IMG/VR virus record: IMGVR_UViG_3300032218_002590
Span: 1-64,000 of that record
Direction: 5' to 3' (one strand)
Length of the DNA stretch: 64,000 nt
From: a virus
Lineage: Duplodnaviria; Caudoviricetes
The translations under genes and the position numbers were made by a program. The notes under the pieces were generated by a model. That model made no database searches. It worked only from the letters and a program-made list of their open reading frames with translations, and had not been told where the DNA came from. How positions within the stretch are numbered: position 1 is the first letter of the stretch; each line of letters begins with the position of its first letter. This document shows positions 46,406 through 55,943 of the stretch, piece after piece.

Positions 46406-46634
46406 TCAAACCCCGTTGTATATCTTTATCAATGGCATCCATATTATTTAATCTGTTTTCCCACCCCCTTCCATCAGTCGTTCCTTTGCAAGGATTGATG
46501 CAAGTATCATCACCAAATTTATCACAAACAAGAGAGGCTAGTTCTGTCTCATTTCCTTTCTTGTTTGTTCCAGACCAATAATGCTGATCATTTATCCACG
46601 TAGCGCCACACTTGGAGCAGGTTTTAATATTCAT
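46398..46634 (-). CDS. Conserved Cys-rich hypothetical protein
   Basis: CSKCGATW...LVCDKFGDDTCINP. Confidence 0.8.
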   Translation of the reverse strand: MNIKTCSKCGATWINDQHYWSGTNKKGNETELASLVCDKFGDDTCINPCKGTTDGRGWENRLNNMDAIDKDIQRGLNE

Positions 46635-46640
46635 AATTTA

Positions 46641-47333
46641 CTACTTTTTTTTACTTAAAATTGGAACACTAAAGCGTTCCCATATCTTTGGACCATACGA
46701 ACATTCTTCTTTAGTTTCCGGTTTCTGACACATACGGCAGTATTTTTTTTCTTCGCTGTTTTCTTTTTCTTCTTTGTGCAATACCTGCTCGTATGTGCTA
46801 TTCATGTACCTAGCAGAAGCTCTTAGGTAATCTGATGCTAGAGTTATTTTTGATTGTACCCATGCTGGAACTTGCATATCGGGTTTTTTAATAACCCCAC
46901 GTAACATATCAATAGAATATTCTAATTCACTTAAGTCATTAAGAATCATTGATCCTTCATTATCTAACTCAGTTCCTGCTGCTATTGCAAGATGATTTTC
47001 TTGAACCACCGTTTCTTTTGCAGCTACTTCAGTTTCCACTTGAGTTTCTGCTTCTATAGGAGAATGATCTTCCTGCACCAAAGATTCTTTAATCTGCTTA
47101 TAAGTTTTTTTATTCTTCCACTCGGACTTAAGTTTTTTTTCCATTGGTAGTAAGTGCTTGTAGTAATCGGGAAACTCGGCAATATGCTGTAAGGCAATTT
47201 CGTAGGCTGCTTTGTGATCAGTAACATGTTCACGTTCAACAGTAGATCCAATCTCTGCTTGACGAATTACATATTTGACAGAGACTCCATGCTCTCTCGC
47301 AATTTCTTTTTCTGTAGGAACTCTTTTTTTCAT
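46641..47333 (-). CDS. Modular hypothetical (probable virion) protein
   Basis: G..VE.EH.....A.EIALQH..EFPDYY module plus DNEGSM...PAWVQSKIT.A.DYL module. Confidence 0.8.
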   Translation of the reverse strand: MKKRVPTEKEIAREHGVSVKYVIRQAEIGSTVEREHVTDHKAAYEIALQHIAEFPDYYKHLLPMEKKLKSEWKNKKTYKQIKESLVQEDHSPIEAETQVETEVAAKETVVQENHLAIAAGTELDNEGSMILNDLSELEYSIDMLRGVIKKPDMQVPAWVQSKITLASDYLRASARYMNSTYEQVLHKEEKENSEEKKYCRMCQKPETKEECSYGPKIWERFSVPILSKKK

Positions 47334-47353
47334 TAGTAAATCTCCCTTTATTA

Positions 47354-47980
47354 TTAGGGAACCGCTGGGTAATTAGTTGTCTTCACATATGCTGATGTGA
47401 CCTTTGCCGCAGTAAAATTATTAGACCATGTTGCTAACCAAGGATAAGCAACGTCATCTGATGAAGTGGCAAAAATTGTTCCAGAATATGAATTATCATA
47501 TAACCATTGTCCCCCATCCCACCTACACTGTTCGTCTCCGTAAATATAAGTTTCTTTTCCATAAGGAAAATAACCAACGGGTGCCATTTTTCTCCAACTT
47601 TGCCCACCAACAAAACCAGAAGAAGGATTTCCGGGAGTATTGTATAAAGGACCATCTATTAATACCCATGCCGTGGCATTTGGTTCAGCAGAATTTGCTG
47701 GATCATCTTCACCAAGAACAGGACAATCATTAATTATCACATTATTTATATCATGCCTTTGATACGCCTCTGGAGTTTTTGGAGTATTATCAGCATTTCT
47801 TGCTTGAAATGTAGCCGGAGTTTTTACAGTGTTGTCAGAATTTCTAGCAATATAATCTCCATTCCAAACTTTATATGTAATAGTACTCCATCCCTCACAA
47901 CCACCAAATACACTAATTGTATTTGATAAAGGTTGTATTGGTTTTTCTACGTTATCTTTATCGTGTCTAATGTAAGACAT
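47354..47980 (-). CDS. Hypothetical protein
   Basis: Short internal repeats ARNSDNT.KTP / ARNADNT.KTP. Confidence 0.75.
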   Translation of the reverse strand: MSYIRHDKDNVEKPIQPLSNTISVFGGCEGWSTITYKVWNGDYIARNSDNTVKTPATFQARNADNTPKTPEAYQRHDINNVIINDCPVLGEDDPANSAEPNATAWVLIDGPLYNTPGNPSSGFVGGQSWRKMAPVGYFPYGKETYIYGDEQCRWDGGQWLYDNSYSGTIFATSSDDVAYPWLATWSNNFTAAKVTSAYVKTTNYPAVP

Positions 47981-47993
47981 TTTTTATTATTAT

Positions 47994-48413
47994 TTATTCC
48001 TCCCCAATTTTTCCCATTTCTTTAATCATCTTTTGAAGATCGGCAGTGCTACCAACAAACATAGTATTGTTAACTGTTGTAGGTCCTTTGCCTTTAACGG
48101 GCGCATCAAGATCCTTCATCTTCTTCTGAAGATCAATTAATTTATCAGTCATGTCTGAGACCTGCTTCATAGCGTTCACAGCGACTTCAAACGCTCGGGG
48201 ATGCCCTGACTCCTGAGCAACCTCTAAGGCGCCTTGCACGGCCTCCTGCCCCTTCTCTATGAGGTCATATAGCTGGCCTCGTGTGTATTCGTAATCTTTT
48301 TCTGGATCTTCTTTTTTAGCGGGAGGGTTTGGTTTCTTTTGAATAACCTCAGTTTGTTCTGCTGCAATTTCAATGTCAAATATTTGTTCCATATTTTTTT
48401 CAAATTGATTCAT
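47994..48413 (-). CDS. gp16: Terminase small subunit (gp16)
   Basis: DYEYTRGQL, SGHPRAFEV, FVGSTADLQK. Confidence 0.94.
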   Translation of the reverse strand: MNQFEKNMEQIFDIEIAAEQTEVIQKKPNPPAKKEDPEKDYEYTRGQLYDLIEKGQEAVQGALEVAQESGHPRAFEVAVNAMKQVSDMTDKLIDLQKKMKDLDAPVKGKGPTTVNNTMFVGSTADLQKMIKEMGKIGEE

Positions 48414-49222
48414 AACAGATCAATTTCCTCAGTAAATCCAAAATCGTCATCTGCTGTTACCAATGCATCATCTACTGCGTTAATAACTCCATCATTATTA
48501 TTATCTTCAAGAGCTTTTGGTGTGTAAGAAAATTTAGCATTACGCTTACTTTGATTAAGATCACCAACAGTTTCAAAAATAATAGCCTTGCGAATAATAT
48601 CCGCTTGATTAAAGGGACCGTAAATATATGATTTGGCGGTAAAACTTAAAGTCCACACAATACTTCTGCGCTTCATAAAATCATCTTCCCAATCATCTTC
48701 ATAATTAATATTATTCAGTACAATTGCAACGTCACGTTTTTCATTCATATCAGGAATAAAATTAATCGTAATGTTAAAATTTGGTTGAAAGTATGGTAAA
48801 ATTTGTTCAAGAATTTGAAGGCTGTCATCTTGCGATTTTGCCAAGATACCCAATTCAAAATTCATGTTGTATGGAATTGGAACGTATTGAACCTTTACTT
48901 CATTTCCTTGATCGTTAATTATATTTTTATATTTCTGAACGGGGCTTGTTTTTCTACTAGAATCATAATCAATTCCAGACATTTCAAAATATAATCTAGG
49001 AAGCCTGATATTTCCGTAGGGTGCTCCTGGACCAGGATTAGGATTTTGTTCCAATCTAGTCAGGTATTTATTTTTGGGTCCATAAGCTAATGGAACCTTT
49101 TGTACCTCTATAACATCTGATGTACTTGGATCTGTTTTTTTTATTTCAATATTATTAAATAGAGTTCCAAATCCAACAACTGTTTTTCTAATTGCTTCGT
49201 TGTAAAAATGTGTTCCTAACAT
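48410..49222 (-). CDS. gp15: Tail sheath stabiliser / completion protein (gp15)
   Basis: HFYNEAIRKTVVGFG.LFN, VPLAYGPK, QILPYFQP. Confidence 0.95.
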   Translation of the reverse strand: MLGTHFYNEAIRKTVVGFGTLFNNIEIKKTDPSTSDVIEVQKVPLAYGPKNKYLTRLEQNPNPGPGAPYGNIRLPRLYFEMSGIDYDSSRKTSPVQKYKNIINDQGNEVKVQYVPIPYNMNFELGILAKSQDDSLQILEQILPYFQPNFNITINFIPDMNEKRDVAIVLNNINYEDDWEDDFMKRRSIVWTLSFTAKSYIYGPFNQADIIRKAIIFETVGDLNQSKRNAKFSYTPKALEDNNNDGVINAVDDALVTADDDFGFTEEIDLL

Positions 49223-50103
49223 CAGAAATTATCCGTAATATTACCATATTCACCAAAAGGATTTACTTCAGAAAAATCTAATAGTTGATTTCCTTCTTGC
49301 TCAATGTATTTATTATCATCATACTCACTATTAGCATCATCAATAGAATCGAAAGAATCTATCCTCCACGAGGCATTACTTTCAGAACCGACAACAAATT
49401 CTCCATCTACAAGATTTCCAGTTCTATCAATTACAGTTAATTTTTTAGTAGATGGATACCAAGATTTTACTTTTGCAGTAAAATCTGAAGTAGCTCCTTC
49501 AACAGTTTCTCCAATATTATAGCGACCCGTTCCTCCTGCCGCCATAGTATATTCCACCGCAGGATCTGTTAGATCATCTATTAAATCTATATCATCTATG
49601 CCAGTATCAATAGATTCATTGCCGATTTCATAAATTTCTGCAGTAATACTATAAAAATATAAGTCGCCAAGTTGGTAAAATACTTTTTCTACTTCTACAA
49701 ATTTTATTTCATATAAATTTTTAGTTAATGGAAAATAAATTAAATCTCCTTCAACTGGTCTATCTTCTTCTATTATAGTGAGAATACTTTTAGATTCTTC
49801 TTGCCAACGTCTTTTAGAAACAATAAATTTTATTTCGTCGGTAATTGTTAATCCAAATTTACTAATAAATTCTGAAGGAGAACCAAACCCTTCTATATTT
49901 TGAAGTAACATTTCTATTACTATTTTTTGATTAAATTCAGAATAAACAATATCGTTTAATTGATTATCTTGAATAATTTTTCTTGGCAAATAATAAACAT
50001 CAGTACCAAACAATTTGATTTGTTCGTCTACTAAATCCTGAATTAAATTTTGTTCTCCCCTGAACCCACCATAATTGATGGGAAAATAGTGACTAGTTGC
50101 CAT
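49222..50103 (-). CDS. gp14: Neck protein (gp14)
   Basis: EQIKLFGTDVYYLPR, GDLIYFPL, FSEVNPFG. Confidence 0.95.
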   Translation of the reverse strand: MATSHYFPINYGGFRGEQNLIQDLVDEQIKLFGTDVYYLPRKIIQDNQLNDIVYSEFNQKIVIEMLLQNIEGFGSPSEFISKFGLTITDEIKFIVSKRRWQEESKSILTIIEEDRPVEGDLIYFPLTKNLYEIKFVEVEKVFYQLGDLYFYSITAEIYEIGNESIDTGIDDIDLIDDLTDPAVEYTMAAGGTGRYNIGETVEGATSDFTAKVKSWYPSTKKLTVIDRTGNLVDGEFVVGSESNASWRIDSFDSIDDANSEYDDNKYIEQEGNQLLDFSEVNPFGEYGNITDNF

Positions 50104-50104
50104 G

Positions 50105-50935
50105 TTAACCTATCATGTCCATTGGCATTGTTGAATAATCAGAAAGCATTTTGGCTTCTAATTCTTTAACTTCGTTATTTCCATCTTCCCATAACTGTCT
50201 GCCATTTAATGATATACCACCAGGCAATTGAATGTTATTGTATTTAATCATATTCTGTCCCCACTGTCTTTTAATAAGAGCTGTAGTATATCTCTTCAAA
50301 AAACTATCATTGTAAATTTGAGACCACTGCTGTGGATCCAAAGCACGTTGGCATTCAATTACCAAATATCTATTTTGTTTAACTCTTGATACATCAATAT
50401 CAAGATATAATCTATCTTGGCGTTTGTTAAAACGATATTGAACCAAACCACCAACATTTACAACCATGTCAAGAGTTTCAAAATACTGCTTAATCATATA
50501 ATAGTATGACATGTCAAAGTTACCAAAAGTATAACCAGAAGAGAATGAAAAAATATCCAATAGAAAATACTGGTTGCTCAATCCCCACATTTCGTTGGAA
50601 GAAAGATTTGAGGTAACTCCAAATACTTTTTCAATACCAATTACGTGATCTGGAACTTCAATAAAATTTTTTCTGTTTGTCCAGTCGGCTGCATCTGGGT
50701 CATCTGTAGAACTAAATTCATCTGTCTCACTAAATCTAATTACGTCTTCTGCAGTAAACTCATGCTTTAAATACATTTTTTCAATACCATCGTAATGGTA
50801 TTCTTGATAATATTGTATAGCGTCATCAACAATATCGTCCAATTGATCTTGATCCACATTAATTTCTAGAATGGGGGCACCAAGCCTTCGTAGACAATAA
50901 TCTTTAAATTCTTCTTTGTTGGTTGGCTTTGCCAT
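50105..50935 (-). CDS. gp13: Neck protein (gp13)
   Basis: YCLRRLGAP, KRQWGQN..KY...LPGG..LNG. Confidence 0.96.
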   Translation of the reverse strand: MAKPTNKEEFKDYCLRRLGAPILEINVDQDQLDDIVDDAIQYYQEYHYDGIEKMYLKHEFTAEDVIRFSETDEFSSTDDPDAADWTNRKNFIEVPDHVIGIEKVFGVTSNLSSNEMWGLSNQYFLLDIFSFSSGYTFGNFDMSYYYMIKQYFETLDMVVNVGGLVQYRFNKRQDRLYLDIDVSRVKQNRYLVIECQRALDPQQWSQIYNDSFLKRYTTALIKRQWGQNMIKYNNIQLPGGISLNGRQLWEDGNNEVKELEAKMLSDYSTMPMDMIG

Positions 50936-50950
50936 TGTAGACAGACAATT

Positions 50951-51020
50951 TATAAATATTTATGGTTTTTGTAAATGACCGAATTGCAATAGTTATAAAT
51001 AATTGCAAGAACAAAACCAT
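50951..51020. promoter_or_regulatory. Bidirectional late-promoter hub at the strand switch
   Basis: Perfect palindrome ATAAATATTTAT (50952-50963); second TATAAATA (50994-51001) in the loop of TTGCAAT/ATTGCAA and ATGGTTTTTGT/ACAAAACCAT inverted repeats. Confidence 0.7.
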
Positions 51021-51094
51021 AATTTTTTTGATTGATAGTTTGTTTAAATGATGCTGTACATTATTGTTCCCACTAACTCATAGACATTACTATC

Positions 51095-53596
51095 ATGGCA
51101 GCACCCATTTTACAGTTTAAAAGAGGAACTACAGTTCCTGGAAGTATTTTTAACGCAGCGGAACCAGTTTATAATACAACCGGTAAAATTCTGTATCTTG
51201 GAGATGCAGGTGGTACTGGCACTGGAGCTGGTTCTGCTGTTGCTAGTGCGAGCACCTATGCAGCCGCATCAGAAATTCTTGTCAAATCTGTAGCTAGCAC
51301 GAGTGCTGGTCAGGTACTTCTCAAAGATGCTCAAGCATCACAGAATACCTTAACCGTTAAAGCACCCGCTACAGTAACAGCAAGTTATAGCTTCACCCTT
51401 CCTGCCGCTGTTCCTGCTGGAGCAAGCGGATACTTTATGACCAGTGACACAAGTGGAAACACTTCATGGTCACAGGTTGGTATTTCAATAGTAACTGGTT
51501 TAGGAACTGGAGTTTCTACATTCCTTGCCACTCCTTCATCGGCAAACTTAGCATCAGCAGTAACCGACGAAACTGGTTCTGGATCACTCGTATTTGCTAC
51601 CAGCCCAACTCTTGTTACTCCACTTCTCGGAACTCCTACTTCAGGAACCCTAACCAATTGTACTGGTCTTCCTGTTGCAGGTATCTCTGGTTTAGGAACT
51701 GGCGTTGCTACGTTCCTTGCTACTCCTTCTTCAGCAAACTTAGCTTCTGCTGTAACTGACGAAACTGGTTCTGGAGCATTAGTATTTGGTACATCTCCAA
51801 CACTAAACACTCCATCACTTTCTGGAGAAACATTCAGCACATCTAACAACGTCACTGCTGGAACAAACACTCAAGGTCAGGGTGCTCTCACTACTGACCT
51901 TAACGTAATCACCACAGCAGCCGCCGCTCCATCTGGTGTCACTCTACCAACAGCAACACTAGGCAGAAGAATTGTTATTGTTAACAAAGGTGCTAATATT
52001 ATAAACGTTTATCCTGCTACTGGCGGATCAATTGATGCTTTAGCAGCAAACGCTGCTATTGCAATTCCGGTTAACGGGTTACTAGAGTTTAATGCTTCTT
52101 CTGCCACACAATGGTATAGTTCATATAACTCTTCCGTTACTGGTACTGGCGTAACGTCATTTTCGGCAGGTACAACTGGTTTAACTCCTTCAACAGGAAC
52201 AACTGGTGCTGTTACTCTTGGGGGAACCTTAGCAGTAGCAAACGGTGGTACTGGTGTTACTTCAAGTACTGGTTCTGGCAGTGTAGTGCTCAGCACTTCA
52301 CCAACTCTTGTTACTCCAGCTCTTGGAACTCCTTCTTCAGGAACCCTAACAAGCTGTACTGGTCTTCCTATCTCCACTGGTGTTTCCGGTCTTGGAACTG
52401 GAGTTGCTACATTCTTGGCAACACCAACATCAGCAAACTTGATTTCTGCTGTAACTGACGAAACTGGTTCTGGATCACTTGTATTTGCTACAAGCCCAAC
52501 TCTTGTTACACCAGCTCTTGGAACTCCTTCTTCAGGAACCCTAACAAGCTGTACTGGTCTACCTGTTTCAACGGGTATCTCTGGTTTAGGAACTGGCGTA
52601 GCTACATTCTTGGCAACACCAACATCAGCAAACTTAATTTCCGCTGTATCTGACGAAACTGGTTCGGGAGCACTTGTATTTGCTACCAGCCCAACTCTTG
52701 TTACCCCAGCTCTTGGAACTCCTTCTTCAGGAACCCTAACAAGCTGTACTGGTCTTCCTATCTCTACTGGTGTTTCTGGTTTAGGAACTGGAGTTGCTAC
52801 ATTCTTAGCAACACCTTCTTCAGCAAACTTAGCTTCGGCTGTAACTGATGAAACTGGTTCTGGAGCACTTGTATTTGGTACTAGCCCAACTATTACTACA
52901 TCATTAGTAGCTGGTGGTGCATCATTTGATTTGCTTAACACTACCGCAACTACGGTAAACTTTGCTGGTGCTGCCACTACACTTACTGTAGGAAACACAG
53001 CAACAGCAGCACAAACTGTAAACATGTTTACGGCATCAACTGGTGCTTCAACATATAACATTGCTACTGGTGCTACTGCTACCGCAACAACCAAAGCAAT
53101 TAACATTGGTACTAACGGTGTTTCTGGATCAACAACCAACATTACTATTGGTGGCTCTGCTGGTACTTCAACAACTACTGTTAACGGAGACCTAACTGTT
53201 GGCGGAAACCTAACAATTTCTGGTAACACTACTATCCTCAACACTCAAACAATTCAGGTTGAAGATAGATTTATTGAATTGGGTCTAGTTAATGGTGCTG
53301 CTCCAGCATCTGCTACAACATGGGATTCTGCAATCGGATTTAACTACTTTGCTACAACAGCAAAGAAATCTGGTATTGTCTGGTTGGACAACACTGGATT
53401 TGCTCTTGCATCTGAACTTGCTATTGGCTCTGGTGATACTGGAACTACCGCAGCAGATCCTCAGCTAACTGTAACAACTCATGCTACATTGGCGGTTGGT
53501 AATTTGTTTGTTGGTGCTCTTGGTACTGCTACAAACGAAGTTATTAACTCATCTAAGCAAGTTATTAACGTAACAATTGATTGTGGAACATATTGA
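51095..53596 (+). CDS. Fibre-like virion protein with 64-65-aa repeats
   Basis: N-terminal ILQFKRG...AEPVY.T...LY.GD fibre-anchor motif; Thr/Gly/Ser-rich; C-terminal IDCGTY. Confidence 0.85.
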   Translation: MAAPILQFKRGTTVPGSIFNAAEPVYNTTGKILYLGDAGGTGTGAGSAVASASTYAAASEILVKSVASTSAGQVLLKDAQASQNTLTVKAPATVTASYSFTLPAAVPAGASGYFMTSDTSGNTSWSQVGISIVTGLGTGVSTFLATPSSANLASAVTDETGSGSLVFATSPTLVTPLLGTPTSGTLTNCTGLPVAGISGLGTGVATFLATPSSANLASAVTDETGSGALVFGTSPTLNTPSLSGETFSTSNNVTAGTNTQGQGALTTDLNVITTAAAAPSGVTLPTATLGRRIVIVNKGANIINVYPATGGSIDALAANAAIAIPVNGLLEFNASSATQWYSSYNSSVTGTGVTSFSAGTTGLTPSTGTTGAVTLGGTLAVANGGTGVTSSTGSGSVVLSTSPTLVTPALGTPSSGTLTSCTGLPISTGVSGLGTGVATFLATPTSANLISAVTDETGSGSLVFATSPTLVTPALGTPSSGTLTSCTGLPVSTGISGLGTGVATFLATPTSANLISAVSDETGSGALVFATSPTLVTPALGTPSSGTLTSCTGLPISTGVSGLGTGVATFLATPSSANLASAVTDETGSGALVFGTSPTITTSLVAGGASFDLLNTTATTVNFAGAATTLTVGNTATAAQTVNMFTASTGASTYNIATGATATATTKAINIGTNGVSGSTTNITIGGSAGTSTTTVNGDLTVGGNLTISGNTTILNTQTIQVEDRFIELGLVNGAAPASATTWDSAIGFNYFATTAKKSGIVWLDNTGFALASELAIGSGDTGTTAADPQLTVTTHATLAVGNLFVGALGTATNEVINSSKQVINVTIDCGTY
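51497..52890 (+). repeat. In-frame repeats of 192-195 nt
   Basis: GLGTGV.TFLATP.SANL.SAV.DETGSG.LVF.TSPT units start at 51497, 51689, 52388, 52583 and 52778. Confidence 0.9.
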
Positions 53597-53623
53597 TAAT
53601 TAACATTACTTTCGTAATTAATT

Positions 53624-54100
53624 ATGGCAAACCCGATAATTAAAGTTAAGAGGTCGGAAACTGCTTCGGCAGTTCCGACCCTCACCTACGGTGAACTAGG
53701 AGTAAATATTACCGACAAGAAAATTTTTGTCGGTAATTCTTCTAATGTTTCTACGTTGATAGTTGATGGAAACGCTAGTGGATCATCTACTACCATCAAT
53801 GCTACTAATGACACTACAACCACCACACTTTATCCTATTATGGTTGGGGCACTCGGAAGCTCCCAAACCGTAAAAGCACGAAGTACTGCAACTGCATTTA
53901 GTTTTAATGCTTCCACTAATGCTCTAAGTACTGCTAATCTTGGAGTTGGAGTAACAGCACCAGCATTCACCGCAGACATTGCAGGAGACGCAAGAGTAAC
54001 CTCCACAAACAAAATGAGATTTGGTGGAACTGCAGGAACCACAAATTTTTACATACAGTACAATTCAACTGCAAATAGTTTGGATTTTGTAGCAGGATAA
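53624..54100 (+). CDS. Short fibre-associated structural protein
   Basis: IIKVKRS....VP.L..GEL.VN..D.KIFVG fibre-type N-terminus; FYIQYNSTANSLDFV C-terminus. Confidence 0.8.
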   Translation: MANPIIKVKRSETASAVPTLTYGELGVNITDKKIFVGNSSNVSTLIVDGNASGSSTTINATNDTTTTTLYPIMVGALGSSQTVKARSTATAFSFNASTNALSTANLGVGVTAPAFTADIAGDARVTSTNKMRFGGTAGTTNFYIQYNSTANSLDFVAG

Positions 54101-54104
54101 GATT

Positions 54105-55907
54105 ATGCCAGTTGTGGGAAGATTAGATCAATATGCATCAATGCTTGCATATGAATTTGATGACTATTCTATGAGTGAGAACTTGCTTACTTATAGTGAG
54201 CAGTTTGACAATGCTTCTTGGTTAAAAAATAACTACAATGTGACTGCAAATGTTACAACGGCACCAGATGGGACATTAACAGCAGATAAATTGATTGCAG
54301 TTAATGCATCCACATACCACGATTTATATAAGGCACCATCACTGGGTTCAAATACTTATACTCTTTCAATATTTGCAAAGGCAGCAGAACAAAGTTTTAT
54401 TCAAGTAAGAATTGATGATGGAACATTGACTAGAGTTGCTATGTTCAATTTATCAACTGGAAGTGTTAGTAGTAGTTCAAATGTAACATCTTCAACAATT
54501 ACATCGTATTTAAATGGTTGGTATAGATGTTCTATTACAGTAACAACTAATATTATAAATGTAGTTTTTAATAGTTTTCCAACTAGTTCTAATGCTACTT
54601 ATTCTGGTGATGGTGTTTCTGGTATTTACATCTGGGGAGCACAATTTGAATATGGTTCAGTAGCAACAGATTACACATCAACAACAACCACAGCAATCAG
54701 TAGAGTTCTTGCATCAACAACAAACACAAACATCGCATCAACTGGAACATATTATAGTTCTGGGTTTGATGAAAATGTAGGATTTACAACACTCCTTTCT
54801 GCAAATGTCTTTGCTCCCTATGACCCCGTATATGATCAATTTGGAGGAACTCTATTTGGTGCAGGACAAGGAAGATATATGAGACAAAATATTGATAAGT
54901 CAGTAATTGTTTATAATGAAATTGATGAACTTAGCTTAGGTTTATATCCTTTTGATTCTTTTACATTTACTTACGGAACTTGGGCACGATCTCCTAATGG
55001 CAATAGCGCAACCCCAAGACAAACTACTCAGTCTTCTGCCTCTACTGGAGATACGTTGGCAACATTTAAAAGCATTTATAATACTGCAACATATTCATGG
55101 ATTAATGATACTGCATATTATAATGTTACTACTGCAGGATTTCAAAAATGGACAGCTCCGGCAGACGGAATTTATAGAATAATTGTTGCGGGCGCTGCTG
55201 GTGGATCTCATCAAGCGCCAAGATCTGGAGGATCTGGTGCCATCATAACGGCAGATGTATCACTAACCAAAGGTCAAATTTATACTATACTTGTAGGTAA
55301 AACCGGAGAAAATACTGTCAATCTTTCCACTACTAATGCTGGAGCAGGTGGTGGCGGAGGATCATTTTTCTTTATTAATGCAACTGACACAACTCCAATA
55401 ATTGCTGCTGGCGGTGGGGGCGGTTCTGCTCGTGATCGAGCGGGGGTGAATGCAAGTTTGACAACAAGTGGAGCAGACGGAAATGGGGGATTAATTTCTG
55501 GTGGGGCTATTGGTGGAGTAAATGGCGGAATTTCGACAGTAAACTCTGCAGATGGAAATTATGATGCTGGTGGTGGTGCTGGTTGGTTAGCTGGAAATGG
55601 CGAAATCAATTCTAACGCAAACGATGCTAGTTTTGGGTATGCACCAAGAAATGGTGGGGGAGGTGGATTCCGTAGTGCTGATGGTACTGATGACTGGGGT
55701 GGTCATGGAGGATTTGGAGGTGGAGGTGGAGGTACAACGGAATCCGGTAGTGCTGGCGGCGGCGGAGGATATAGTGGTGGGGGTAAAGGTAGTAATAATA
55801 CCACCTATGGAGGTGGAGGGGGCGGTGGAAGTTTTTACACAGGGACTTTAGTATCATCTTCTGCATCTAATACTGGTCAGGGATATGTAACAATAACTAA
55901 ACTATAA
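54105..55907 (+). CDS. Virion structural protein: carbohydrate-binding-like domain plus ALK/LTK-type glycine-rich domain
   Basis: ENLLTYSEQFDN..W...GWYRCSIT...YIWGAQFE; QKWTAPADGIYRI..AGAAGG...GGSGA...LVG..G...GGGGS pattern. Confidence 0.75.
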   Translation: MPVVGRLDQYASMLAYEFDDYSMSENLLTYSEQFDNASWLKNNYNVTANVTTAPDGTLTADKLIAVNASTYHDLYKAPSLGSNTYTLSIFAKAAEQSFIQVRIDDGTLTRVAMFNLSTGSVSSSSNVTSSTITSYLNGWYRCSITVTTNIINVVFNSFPTSSNATYSGDGVSGIYIWGAQFEYGSVATDYTSTTTTAISRVLASTTNTNIASTGTYYSSGFDENVGFTTLLSANVFAPYDPVYDQFGGTLFGAGQGRYMRQNIDKSVIVYNEIDELSLGLYPFDSFTFTYGTWARSPNGNSATPRQTTQSSASTGDTLATFKSIYNTATYSWINDTAYYNVTTAGFQKWTAPADGIYRIIVAGAAGGSHQAPRSGGSGAIITADVSLTKGQIYTILVGKTGENTVNLSTTNAGAGGGGGSFFFINATDTTPIIAAGGGGGSARDRAGVNASLTTSGADGNGGLISGGAIGGVNGGISTVNSADGNYDAGGGAGWLAGNGEINSNANDASFGYAPRNGGGGGFRSADGTDDWGGHGGFGGGGGGTTESGSAGGGGGYSGGGKGSNNTTYGGGGGGGSFYTGTLVSSSASNTGQGYVTITKL

Positions 55908-55943
55908 TATGAATTATAAATACAACAAAGGTAATAATTAGTT

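Noticed and set aside
52009-53244. 411-aa minus-strand ORF and similar antisense ORFs at 51385, 59422-62712
   Set aside because: Val/Pro/Ala-rich mirror frames of the Thr/Gly/Ser-rich fibre genes, whose codon bias makes antisense stops rare
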